Shown in pieces: positions 24,001 to 38,256 of a stretch of DNA of 64,000 bases (the first letter of the stretch is position 1; each line of letters starts with the position of its first letter). Source of the stretch: Auanema rhodensis (lineage: Eukaryota; Animalia; Nematoda); assembly GCA_964057225.1 (NCBI GenBank), contig OZ059894.1, positions 21,824,001-21,888,000 on the forward strand. The letters run 5' to 3'. The position numbers and the translations under genes were made by a program. A model generated the notes under the pieces. The model searched no databases and had not been told where the DNA came from. It worked only from the letters and a program-made list of their open reading frames with translations.

Positions 24001-27000
24001 ATTCTGAAATTTTTCGAAAAAATTTTTGTCAAAATGTTTTTGGAAGCAATGTTGAGTGTACATGGAAACTCAACATACACTAATGCATCATTTTTCAAAC
24101 GATCATAACTAATTTTTGTATTAAGCGTTTCTCAATGTAGTATAGTGCATTCGATGCGGATTTTTAAGCTGCGTCGATCTGTGTTATCAGATTTGCGCTA
24201 GCTTAAAAATGCACCGAGATATCAACTGATACAAGTTCACACTTATATCCTCGATTTTCACCCTGAAGAATTAATTTTTTCGTTGAATAACATTGTCTAT
24301 CGTCTTTGCCTTGAAAAATGGAATCTAAAAACATCTACTTTTTGCTAAATTATTTTGAAATTTTTCGAAAAAATTTTTGTCAAAATGTTTTTGGAAGCAA
24401 TGTTGAGTGTACATGGAAACTCAACATACACTAATGCATCATTTTTCAAACGATCATAACTAATTTTTGTATTAAGCGTTTCTCAATGTAGTATAGTGCA
24501 TTCGATGCGGATTTTTAAGCTGCGTCGATCTGTGTTATCAGATTTGCGCTAGCTTAAAAATGCACCGAGATATCAACTGATACAAGTTCACACTTATATC
24601 CTCGATTTTCACCCTGAAGAATTAATTTTTTCGTTGAATAACGTTGTCTATCGTCTTTGCCTTGAAAAATGGAATCTAAAAACATCTACTTTTTGCTAAA
24701 TTATTTTGAAATTTTTCGAAAAAATTTTTGTCAAAATGTTTTTGGAAGCAATGTTGAGTGTACATGGAAACTCAACATACACTAATGCATCATTTTTCAA
24801 ACGATCATAACTAATTTTTGTATTAAGCGTTTCTCAATGTAGTATAGTGCATTCGATGCGGATTTTTAAGCTGCGTCGATCTGTGTTATCAGATTTGCGC
24901 TAGCTTAAAAATGCACCGAGATATCAACTGATACAAGTTCACACTTATATCCTCGATTTTCACCCTGAAGAATTAATTTTTTCGTTGAATAACATTGTCC
25001 ATCGTCTTTGCCTTGAAAAAAGGAATCTAAAAACATCTACTTTTTGCTAAATTATTCTGAAATTTTTCGAAAAAATTTTTGTCAAAATGTTTTTGGAAGC
25101 AATGTTGAGTGTACATGGAAACTCAACATACACTAATGCATCATTTTTCAAACGATCATAACTAATTTTTGTATTAAGCGTTTCTCAATGTAGTATAGTG
25201 CATTCGATGCGGATTTTTAAGCTGCGTCGATCTGTGTTATCAGATTTGCGCTAGCTTAAAAATGCACCGAGATATCAACTGATACAAGTTCACACTTATA
25301 TCCTCGATTTTCACCCTGAAGAATTAATTTTTTCGTTGAATAACATTGTCTATCGTCTTTGCCTTGAAAAATGGAATCTAAAAACATCTACTTTTTGCTA
25401 AATTATTTTGAAATTTTTCGAAAAAATTTTTGTCAAAATGTTTTTGGAAGCAATGTTGAGTGTACATGGAAACTCAACATACACTAATGCATCATTTTTC
25501 AAACGATCATAACTAATTTTTGTATCAAGCGTTTCTCAATGTAGTATAGTGCATTCGATGCGGATTTTTAAGCTGCGTCGATCTGTGTTATCAGATTCGC
25601 GCTAGCTTAAAAATGCACCGAGATATCAACTGATATAAGTTCACACTTATATCCTCGATTTTCACCCTGAAGAATTAATTTTTTCGTTGAATAACATTGT
25701 CCATCGTCTTTGCCTTGAAAAAAGGAATCTAAAAACATCTACTTTTTGCTAAATTATTCTGAAATTTTTCGAAAAAATTTTTGTCAAAATGTTTTTGGAA
25801 GCAATGTTGAGTGTACATGGAAACTCAACATACACTAATGCATCATTTTTCAAACGATCATAACTAATTTTTGTATTAAGCGTTTCTCAATGTAGTATAG
25901 TGCATTCGATGCGGATTTTTAAGCTGCGTCGATCTGTGTTATCAGATTTGCGCTAGCTTAAAAATGCACCGAGATATCAACTGATACAAGTTCACACTTA
26001 TATCCTCGATTTTCACCCTGAAGAATTATTTTTTTCGTTGAATAACATTGTCCATCGTCCTTGCCTTGAAAAATGGAATCTAAAAACATCTACTTTTTGC
26101 TAAATTATTTTGAAATTTTTCGAAAAAATTTTTGTCAAAATGTTTTTGGAAGCAATGTTGAGTGTACATGGAAACTCAACATACACTAATGCATCATTTT
26201 TCAAACGATCATAACTAATTTTTGTATTAAGCGTTTCTCAATGTAGTATAGTGCATTCGATGCGGATTTTTAAGCTGCGTCGATCTGTGTTATCAGATTT
26301 GCGCTAGCTTAAAAATGCACCGAGATATCAACTGATACAAGTTCACACTTATATCCTCGATTTTCACCCTGAAGAATTAATTTTTTCGTTGAATAACGTT
26401 GTCTATCGTCTTTGCCTTGAAAAATGGAATCTAAAAACATCTACTTTTTGCTAAATTATTTTGAAATTTTTCGAAAAAATTTTTGTCAAAATGTTTTTGG
26501 AAGCAATGTTGAGTGTACATGGAAACTCAACATACACTAATGCATCATTTTTCAAACGATCATAACTAATTTTTGTATTAAGCGTTTCTCAATGTAGTAT
26601 AGTGCATTCGATGCGGATTTTTAAGCTGCGTCGATCTGTGTTATCAGATTTGCGCTAGCTTAAAAATGCACCGAGATATCAACTGATACAAGTTCACACT
26701 TATATCCTCGATTTTCACCCTGAAGAATTAATTTTTTCGTTGAATAACATTGTCTATCGTCTTTGCCTTGAAAAATGGAATCTAAAAACATCTACTTTTT
26801 GCTAAATTATTTTGAAATTTTTCGAAAAAATTTTTGTCAAAATGTTTTTGGAAGCAATGTTGAGTGTACATGGAAACTCAACATACACTAATGCATCATT
26901 TTTCAAACGATCATAACTAATTTTTGTATTAAGCGTTTCTCAATGTAGTATAGTGCATTCGATGCGGATTTTTAAGCTGCGTCGATCTGTGTTATCAGAT

Positions 27001-30000
27001 TTGCGCTAGCTTAAAAATGCACCGAGATATCAACTGATACAAGTTCACACTTATATCCTCGATTTTCACCCTGAAGAATTAATTTTTTCGTTGAATAACA
27101 TTGTCTATCGTCTTTGCCTTGAAAAATGGAATCTAAAAACATCTACTTTTTGCTAAATTATTTTGAAATTTTTCGAAAAAATTTTTGTCAAAATGTTTTT
27201 GGAAGCAATGTTGAGTGTACATGGAAACTCAACATACACTAATGCATCATTTTTCAAACGATCATAACTAATTTTTGTATTAAGCGTTTCTCAATGTAGT
27301 ATAGTGCATTCGATGCGGATTTTTAAGCTGCGTCGATCTGTGTTATCAGATTTGCGCTAGCTTAAAAATGCACCGAGATATCAACTGATACAAGTTCACA
27401 CTTATATCCTCGATTTTCACCCTGAAGAATTAATTTTTTCGTTGAATAACATTGTCTATCGTCTTTGCCTTGAAAAATGGAATCTAAAAACATCTACTTT
27501 TTGCTAAATTATTTTGAAATTTTTCGAAAAAATTTTTGTCAAAATGTTTTTGGAAGCAATGTTGAGTGTACATGGAAACTCAACATACACTAATGCATCA
27601 TTTTTCAAACGATCATAACTAATTTTTGTATTAAGCGTTTCTCAATGTAGTATAGTGCATTCGATGCGGATTTTTAAGCTGCGTCGATCTGTGTTATCAG
27701 ATTTGCGCTAGCTTAAAAATGCACCGAGATATCAACTGATACAAGTTCACACTTATATCCTCGATTTTCACCCTGAAGAATTAATTTTTTCGTTGAATAA
27801 CATTGTCTATCGTCTTTGCCTTGAAAAATGGAATCTAAAAACATCTACTTTTTGCTAAATTATTTTGAAATTTTTCGAAAAAAGTTTTGTCAAAATGTTT
27901 TTGGAAGCAATGTTGAGTGTACATGGAAACTCAACATACACTAATGCATCATTTTTCAAACGATCATAACTAATTTTTGTATCAAGCGTTTCTCAATGTA
28001 GTATAGTGCATTCGATGCGAATTTTTAAGCTGCGTCGATCTGTGTTATCAGATTCGCGCTAGCTTAAAAATGCACCGAGATATCAACTGATATAAGTTCA
28101 CACTTATATCCTCGATTTTCACCCTGAAGAATTAATTTTTTCGTTGAATAACATTGTCCATCGTCTTTGCCTTGAAAAAAGGAATCTAAAAACATCTACT
28201 TTTTGCTAAATTATTCTGAAATTTTTCGAAAAAATTTTTGTCAAAATGTTTTTGGAAGCAATGTTGAGTGTACATGGAAACTCAACATACACTAATGCAT
28301 CATTTTTCAAACGATCATAACTAATTTTTGTATTAAGCGTTTCTCAATGTAGTATAGTGCATTCGATGCGGATTTTTAAGCTGCGTCGATCTGTGTTATC
28401 AGATTTGCGCTAGCTTAAAAATGCACCGAGATATCAACTGATATAAGTTCACACTTATATCCTCGATTTTCACCCTGAAGAATTATTTTTTTCGTTGAAT
28501 AACATTGTCCATCGTCCTTGCCTTGAAAAATGAAATCTAAAAACATCTACTTTTTGCTAAATTATTTTGAAATTTTTCGAAAAAAGTTTTGTCAAAATGT
28601 TTTTGGAAGCAATGTTGAGTGTACATGGAAACTCAACATACACTAATGCATCATTTTTCAAACGATCATAACTAATTTTTGTATCAAGCGTTTCTCAATG
28701 TAGTATAGTGCATTCGATGCGGATTTTTAAGCTGCGTCGATCTGTGTTATCAGATTTGCGCTAGCTTAAAAATGCACCGAGATATCAACTGATATAAGTT
28801 CACACTTATATCCTCGATTTTCACCCTGAAGAATTAATTTTTTCGTTGAATAACATTGTCCATCGTCTTTGCCTTGAAAAAAGGAATCTAAAAACATCTA
28901 CTTTTTGCTAAATTATTCTGAAATTTTTCGAAAAAATTTTTGTCAAAATGTTTTTGGAAGCAATGTTGAGTGTACATGGAAACTCAACATACACTAATGC
29001 ATCATTTTTCAAACGATCATAACTAATTTTTGTATTAAGCGTTTCTCAATGTAGTATAGTGCATTCGATGCGGATTTTTAAGCTGCGTCGATCTGTGTTA
29101 TCAGATTTGCGCTAGCTTAAAAATGCACCGAGATATCAACTGATATAAGTTCACACTTATATCCTCGATTTTCACCCTGAAGAATTAATTTTTTCGTTGA
29201 ATAACATTGTCCATCGTCTTTGCCTTGAAAAAAGGAATCTAAAAACATCTACTTTTTGCTAAATTATTCTGAAATTTTTCGAAAAAATTTTTGTCAAAAT
29301 GTTTTTGGAAGCAATGTTGAGTGTACATGGAAACTCAACATACACTAATGCATCATTTTTCAAACGATCATAACTAATTTTTGTATTAAGCGTTTCTCAA
29401 TGTAGTATAGTGCATTCGATGCGGATTTTTAAGCTGCGTCGATCTGTGTTATCAGATTTGCGCTAGCTTAAAAATGCACCGAGATATCAACTGATACAAG
29501 TTCACACTTATATCCTCGATTTTCACCCTGAAGAATTAATTTTTTCGTTGAATAACATTGTCTATCGTCTTTGCCTTGAAAAATGGAATCTAAAAACATC
29601 TACTTTTTGCTAAATTATTTTGAAATTTTTCGAAAAAATTTTTGTCAAAATGTTTTTGGAAGCAATGTTGAGTGTACATGGAAACTCAACATACACTAAT
29701 GCATCATTTTTCAAACGATCATAACTAATTTTTGTATTAAGCGTTTCTCAATGTAGTATAGTGCATTCGATGCGGATTTTTAAGCTGCGTCGATCTGTGT
29801 TATCAGATTTGCGCTAGCTTAAAAATGCACCGAGATATCAACTGATACAAGTTCACACTTATATCCTCGATTTTCACCCTGAAGAATTAATTTTTTCGTT
29901 GAATAACGTTGTCTATCGTCTTTGCCTTGAAAAATGGAATCTAAAAACATCTACTTTTTGCTAAATTATTTTGAAATTTTTCGAAAAAATTTTTGTCAAA

Positions 30001-31236
30001 ATGTTTTTGGAAGCAATGTTGAGTGTACATGGAAACTCAACATACACTAATGCATCATTTTTCAAACGATCATAACTAATTTTTGTATTAAGCGTTTCTC
30101 AATGTAGTATAGTGCATTCGATGCGGATTTTTAAGCTGCGTCGATCTGTGTTATCAGATTTGCGCTAGCTTAAAAATGCACCGAGATATCAACTGATACA
30201 AGTTCACACTTATATCCTCGATTTTCACCCTGAAGAATTAATTTTTTCGTTGAATAACATTGTCCATCGTCTTTGCCTTGAAAAAAGGAATCTAAAAACA
30301 TCTACTTTTTGCTAAATTATTCTGAAATTTTTCGAAAAAATTTTTGTCAAAATGTTTTTGGAAGCAATGTTGAGTGTACATGGAAACTCAACATACACTA
30401 ATGCATCATTTTTCAAACGATCATAACTAATTTTTGTATTAAGCGTTTCTCAATGTAGTATAGTGCATTCGATGCGGATTTTTAAGCTGCGTCGATCTGT
30501 GTTATCAGATTTGCGCTAGCTTAAAAATGCACCGAGATATCAACTGATACAAGTTCACACTTATATCCTCGATTTTCACCCTGAAGAATTAATTTTTTCG
30601 TTGAATAACATTGTCTATCGTCTTTGCCTTGAAAAATGGAATCTAAAAACATCTACTTTTTGCTAAATTATTTTGAAATTTTTCGAAAAAATTTTTGTCA
30701 AAATGTTTTTGGAAGCAATGTTGAGTGTACATGGAAACTCAACATACACTAATGCATCATTTTTCAAACGATCATAACTAATTTTTGTATCAAGCGTTTC
30801 TCAATGTAGTATAGTGCATTCGATGCGGATTTTTAAGCTGCGTCGATCTGTGTTATCAGATTCGCGCTAGCTTAAAAATGCACCGAGATATCAACTGATA
30901 TAAGTTCACACTTATATCCTCGATTTTCACCCTGAAGAATTAATTTTTTCGTTGAATAACATTGTCCATCGTCTTTGCCTTGAAAAAAGGAATCTAAAAA
31001 CATCTACTTTTTGCTAAATTATTCTGAAATTTTTCGAAAAAATTTTTGTCAAAATGTTTTTGGAAGCAATGTTGAGTGTACATGGAAACTCAACATACAC
31101 TAATGCATCATTTTTCAAACGATCATAACTAATTTTTGTATTAAGCGTTTCTCAATGTAGTATAGTGCATTCGATGCGGATTTTTAAGCTGCGTCGATCT
31201 GTGTTATCAGATTTGCGCTAGCTTAAAAATGCACCG
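21058..31236. repeat. Higher-order duplication with 15-monomer period (5265 bp)
   Basis: Type string G-C-C-C-C'-A-D'-A-A-C-G-A-C-A at 21058-25971 is repeated at 26323-31236. Confidence 0.85.
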
Positions 31237-34200
31237 AGATATCAACTGATATAAGTTCACACTTATATCCTCGATTTTCACCCTGAAGAATTATTTTTTT
31301 CGTTGAATAACATTGTCCATCGTCCTTGCCTTGAAAAATGAAATCTAAAAACATCTACTTTTTGCTAAATTATTTTGAAATTTTTCGAAAAAAGTTTTGT
31401 CAAAATGTTTTTGGAAGCAATGTTGAGTGTACATGGAAACTCAACATACACTAATGCATCATTTTTCAAACGATCATAACTAATTTTTGTATCAAGCGTT
31501 TCTCAATGTAGTATAGTGCATTCGATGCGGATTTTTAAGCTGCGTCGATCTGTGTTATCAGATTTGCGCTAGCTTAAAAATGCACCGAGATATCAACTGA
31601 TATAAGTTCACACTTATATCCTCGATTTTCACCCTGAAGAATTAATTTTTTCGTTGAATAACATTGTCCATCGTCTTTGCCTTGAAAAAAGGAATCTAAA
31701 AACATCTACTTTTTGCTAAATTATTCTGAAATTTTTCGAAAAAATTTTTGTCAAAATGTTTTTGGAAGCAATGTTGAGTGTACATGGAAACTCAACATAC
31801 ACTAATGCATCATTTTTCAAACGATCATAACTAATTTTTGTATTAAGCGTTTCTCAATGTAGTATAGTGCATTCGATGCGGATTTTTAAGCTGCGTCGAT
31901 CTGTGTTATCAGATTTGCGCTAGCTTAAAAATGCACCGAGATATCAACTGATATAAGTTCACACTTATATCCTCGATTTTCACCCTGAAGAATTAATTTT
32001 TTCGTTGAATAACATTGTCCATCGTCTTTGCCTTGAAAAAAGGAATCTAAAAACATCTACTTTTTGCTAAATTATTCTGAAATTTTTCGAAAAAATTTTT
32101 GTCAAAATGTTTTTGGAAGCAATGTTGAGTGTACATGGAAACTCAACATACACTAATGCATCATTTTTCAAACGATCATAACTAATTTTTGTATTAAGCG
32201 TTTCTCAATGTAGTATAGTGCATTCGATGCGGATTTTTAAGCTGCGTCGATCTGTGTTATCAGATTTGCGCTAGCTTAAAAATGCACCGAGATATCAACT
32301 GATACAAGTTCACACTTATATCCTCGATTTTCACCCTGAAGAATTAATTTTTTCGTTGAATAACATTGTCTATCGTCTTTGCCTTGAAAAATGGAATCTA
32401 AAAACATCTACTTTTTGCTAAATTATTTTGAAATTTTTCGAAAAAATTTTTGTCAAAATGTTTTTGGAAGCAATGTTGAGTGTACATGGAAACTCAACAT
32501 ACACTAATGCATCATTTTTCAAACGATCATAACTAATTTTTGTATTAAGCGTTTCTCAATGTAGTATAGTGCATTCGATGCGGATTTTTAAGCTGCGTCG
32601 ATCTGTGTTATCAGATTTGCGCTAGCTTAAAAATGCACCGAGATATCAACTGATACAAGTTCACACTTATATCCTCGATTTTCACCCTGAAGAATTAATT
32701 TTTTCGTTGAATAACGTTGTCTATCGTCTTTGCCTTGAAAAATGGAATCTAAAAACATCTACTTTTTGCTAAATTATTTTGAAATTTTTCGAAAAAATTT
32801 TTGTCAAAATGTTTTTGGAAGCAATGTTGAGTGTACATGGAAACTCAACATACACTAATGCATCATTTTTCAAACGATCATAACTAATTTTTGTATTAAG
32901 CGTTTCTCAATGTAGTATAGTGCATTCGATGCGGATTTTTAAGCTGCGTCGATCTGTGTTATCAGATTTGCGCTAGCTTAAAAATGCACCGAGATATCAA
33001 CTGATACAAGTTCACACTTATATCCTCGATTTTCACCCTGAAGAATTAATTTTTTCGTTGAATAACATTGTCTATCGTCTTTGCCTTGAAAAATGGAATC
33101 TAAAAACATCTACTTTTTGCTAAATTATTTTGAAATTTTTCGAAAAAATTTTTGTCAAAATGTTTTTGGAAGCAATGTTGAGTGTACATGGAAACTCAAC
33201 ATACACTAATGCATCATTTTTCAAACGATCATAACTAATTTTTGTATTAAGCGTTTCTCAATGTAGTATAGTGCATTCGATGCGGATTTTTAAGCTGCGT
33301 CGATCTGTGTTATCAGATTTGCGCTAGCTTAAAAATGCACCGAGATATCAACTGATACAAGTTCACACTTATATCCTCGATTTTCACCCTGAAGAATTAA
33401 TTTTTTCGTTGAATAACATTGTCTATCGTCTTTGCCTTGAAAAATGGAATCTAAAAACATCTACTTTTTGCTAAATTATTTTGAAATTTTTCGAAAAAAT
33501 TTTTGTCAAAATGTTTTTGGAAGCAATGTTGAGTGTACATGGAAACTCAACATACACTAATGCATCATTTTTCAAACGATCATAACTAATTTTTGTATTA
33601 AGCGTTTCTCAATGTAGTATAGTGCATTCGATGCGGATTTTTAAGCTGCGTCGATCTGTGTTATCAGATTTGCGCTAGCTTAAAAATGCACCGAGATATC
33701 AACTGATACAAGTTCACACTTATATCCTCGATTTTCACCCTGAAGAATTAATTTTTTCGTTGAATAACATTGTCTATCGTCTTTGCCTTGAAAAATGGAA
33801 TCTAAAAACATCTACTTTTTGCTAAATTATTTTGAAATTTTTCGAAAAAAGTTTTGTCAAAATGTTTTTGGAAGCAATGTTGAGTGTACATGGAAACTCA
33901 ACATACACTAATGCATCATTTTTCAAACGATCATAACTAATTTTTGTATCAAGCGTTTCTCAATGTAGTATAGTGCATTCGATGCGGATTTTTAAGCTGC
34001 GTCGATCTGTGTTATCAGATTCGCGCTAGCTTAAAAATGCACCGAGATATCAACTGATATAAGTTCACACTTATATCCTCGATTTTCACCCTGAAGAATT
34101 AATTTTTTCGTTGAATAACATTGTCCATCGTCTTTGCCTTGAAAAAAGGAATCTAAAAACATCTACTTTTTGCTAAATTATTCTGAAATTTTTCGAAAAA

Positions 34201-37200
34201 ATTTTTGTCAAAATGTTTTTGGAAGCAATGTTGAGTGTACATGGAAACTCAACATACACTAATGCATCATTTTTCAAACGATCATAACTAATTTTTGTAT
34301 TAAGCGTTTCTCAATGTAGTATAGTGCATTCGATGCGGATTTTTAAGCTGCGTCGATCTGTGTTATCAGATTTGCGCTAGCTTAAAAATGCACCGAGATA
34401 TCAACTGATATAAGTTCACACTTATATCCTCGATTTTCACCCTGAAGAATTATTTTTTTCGTTGAATAACATTGTCCATCGTCCTTGCCTTGAAAAATGA
34501 AATCTAAAAACATCTACTTTTTGCTAAATTATTTTGAAATTTTTCGAAAAAAGTTTTGTCAAAATGTTTTTGGAAGCAATGTTGAGTGTACATGGAAACT
34601 CAACATACACTAATGCATCATTTTTCAAACGATCATAACTAATTTTTGTATCAAGCGTTTCTCAATGTAGTATAGTGCATTCGATGCGGATTTTTAAGCT
34701 GCGTCGATCTGTGTTATCAGATTTGCGCTAGCTTAAAAATGCACCGAGATATCAACTGATATAAGTTCACACTTATATCCTCGATTTTCACCCTGAAGAA
34801 TTAATTTTTTCGTTGAATAACATTGTCCATCGTCTTTGCCTTGAAAAAAGGAATCTAAAAACATCTACTTTTTGCTAAATTATTCTGAAATTTTTCGAAA
34901 AAATTTTTGTCAAAATGTTTTTGGAAGCAATGTTGAGTGTACATGGAAACTCAACATACACTAATGCATCATTTTTCAAACGATCATAACTAATTTTTGT
35001 ATTAAGCGTTTCTCAATGTAGTATAGTGCATTCGATGCGGATTTTTAAGCTGCGTCGATCTGTGTTATCAGATTTGCGCTAGCTTAAAAATGCACCGAGA
35101 TATCAACTGATATAAGTTCACACTTATATCCTCGATTTTCACCCTGAAGAATTAATTTTTTCGTTGAATAACATTGTCCATCGTCTTTGCCTTGAAAAAA
35201 GGAATCTAAAAACATCTACTTTTTGCTAAATTATTCTGAAATTTTTCGAAAAAATTTTTGTCAAAATGTTTTTGGAAGCAATGTTGAGTGTACATGGAAA
35301 CTCAACATACACTAATGCATCATTTTTCAAACGATCATAACTAATTTTTGTATTAAGCGTTTCTCAATGTAGTATAGTGCATTCGATGCGGATTTTTAAG
35401 CTGCGTCGATCTGTGTTATCAGATTTGCGCTAGCTTAAAAATGCACCGAGATATCAACTGATACAAGTTCACACTTATATCCTCGATTTTCACCCTGAAG
35501 AATTAATTTTTTCGTTGAATAACATTGTCTATCGTCTTTGCCTTGAAAAATGGAATCTAAAAACATCTACTTTTTGCTAAATTATTTTGAAATTTTTCGA
35601 AAAAATTTTTGTCAAAATGTTTTTGGAAGCAATGTTGAGTGTACATGGAAACTCAACATACACTAATGCATCATTTTTCAAACGATCATAACTAATTTTT
35701 GTATTAAGCGTTTCTCAATGTAGTATAGTGCATTCGATGCGGATTTTTAAGCTGCGTCGATCTGTGTTATCAGATTTGCGCTAGCTTAAAAATGCACCGA
35801 GATATCAACTGATACAAGTTCACACTTATATCCTCGATTTTCACCCTGAAGAATTAATTTTTTCGTTGAATAACATTGTCTATCGTCTTTGCCTTGAAAA
35901 ATGGAATCTAAAAACATCTACTTTTTGCTAAATTATTTTGAAATTTTTCGAAAAAAGTTTTGTCAAAATGTTTTTGGAAGCAATGTTGAGTGTACATGGA
36001 AACTCAACATACACTAATGCATCATTTTTCAAACGATCATAACTAATTTTTGTATCAAGCGTTTCTCAATGTAGTATAGTGCATTCGATGCGGATTTTTA
36101 AGCTGCGTCGATCTGTGTTATCAGATTCGCGCTAGCTTAAAAATGCACCGAGATATCAACTGATATAAGTTCACACTTATATCCTCGATTTTCACCCTGA
36201 AGAATTAATTTTTTCGTTGAATAACATTGTCCATCGTCTTTGCCTTGAAAAAAGGAATCTAAAAACATCTACTTTTTGCTAAATTATTCTGAAATTTTTC
36301 GAAAAAATTTTTGTCAAAATGTTTTTGGAAGCAATGTTGAGTGTACATGGAAACTCAACATACACTAATGCATCATTTTTCAAACGATCATAACTAATTT
36401 TTGTATTAAGCGTTTCTCAATGTAGTATAGTGCATTCGATGCGGATTTTTAAGCTGCGTCGATCTGTGTTATCAGATTTGCGCTAGCTTAAAAATGCACC
36501 GAGATATCAACTGATATAAGTTCACACTTATATCCTCGATTTTCACCCTGAAGAATTATTTTTTTCGTTGAATAACATTGTCCATCGTCCTTGCCTTGAA
36601 AAATGAAATCTAAAAACATCTACTTTTTGCTAAATTATTTTGAAATTTTTCGAAAAAAGTTTTGTCAAAATGTTTTTGGAAGCAATGTTGAGTGTACATG
36701 GAAACTCAACATACACTAATGCATCATTTTTCAAACGATCATAACTAATTTTTGTATCAAGCGTTTCTCAATGTAGTATAGTGCATTCGATGCGGATTTT
36801 TAAGCTGCGTCGATCTGTGTTATCAGATTTGCGCTAGCTTAAAAATGCACCGAGATATCAACTGATATAAGTTCACACTTATATCCTCGATTTTCACCCT
36901 GAAGAATTAATTTTTTCGTTGAATAACATTGTCCATCGTCTTTGCCTTGAAAAAAGGAATCTAAAAACATCTACTTTTTGCTAAATTATTCTGAAATTTT
37001 TCGAAAAAATTTTTGTCAAAATGTTTTTGGAAGCAATGTTGAGTGTACATGGAAACTCAACATACACTAATGCATCATTTTTCAAACGATCATAACTAAT
37101 TTTTGTATTAAGCGTTTCTCAATGTAGTATAGTGCATTCGATGCGGATTTTTAAGCTGCGTCGATCTGTGTTATCAGATTTGCGCTAGCTTAAAAATGCA

Positions 37201-38256
37201 CCGAGATATCAACTGATATAAGTTCACACTTATATCCTCGATTTTCACCCTGAAGAATTAATTTTTTCGTTGAATAACATTGTCCATCGTCTTTGCCTTG
37301 AAAAAAGGAATCTAAAAACATCTACTTTTTGCTAAATTATTCTGAAATTTTTCGAAAAAATTTTTGTCAAAATGTTTTTGGAAGCAATGTTGAGTGTACA
37401 TGGAAACTCAACATACACTAATGCATCATTTTTCAAACGATCATAACTAATTTTTGTATTAAGCGTTTCTCAATGTAGTATAGTGCATTCGATGCGGATT
37501 TTTAAGCTGCGTCGATCTGTGTTATCAGATTTGCGCTAGCTTAAAAATGCACCGAGATATCAACTGATACAAGTTCACACTTATATCCTCGATTTTCACC
37601 CTGAAGAATTAATTTTTTCGTTGAATAACATTGTCTATCGTCTTTGCCTTGAAAAATGGAATCTAAAAACATCTACTTTTTGCTAAATTATTTTGAAATT
37701 TTTCGAAAAAATTTTTGTCAAAATGTTTTTGGAAGCAATGTTGAGTGTACATGGAAACTCAACATACACTAATGCATCATTTTTCAAACGATCATAACTA
37801 ATTTTTGTATTAAGCGTTTCTCAATGTAGTATAGTGCATTCGATGCGGATTTTTAAGCTGCGTCGATCTGTGTTATCAGATTTGCGCTAGCTTAAAAATG
37901 CACCGAGATATCAACTGATATAAGTTCACACTTATATCCTCGATTTTCACCCTGAAGAATTATTTTTTTCGTTGAATAACATTGTCCATCGTCCTTGCCT
38001 TGAAAAATGGAATCTAAAAACATCTACTTTTTGCTAAATTATTTTGAAATTTTTCGAAAAAATTTTTGTCAAAATGTTTTTGGAAGCAATGTTGAGTGTA
38101 CATGGAAACTCAACATACACTAATGCATCATTTTTCAAACGATCATAACTAATTTTTGTATTAAGCGTTTCTCAATGTAGTATAGTGCATTCGATGCGGA
38201 TTTTTAAGCTGCGTCGATCTGTGTTATCAGATTTGCGCTAGCTTAAAAATGCACCG

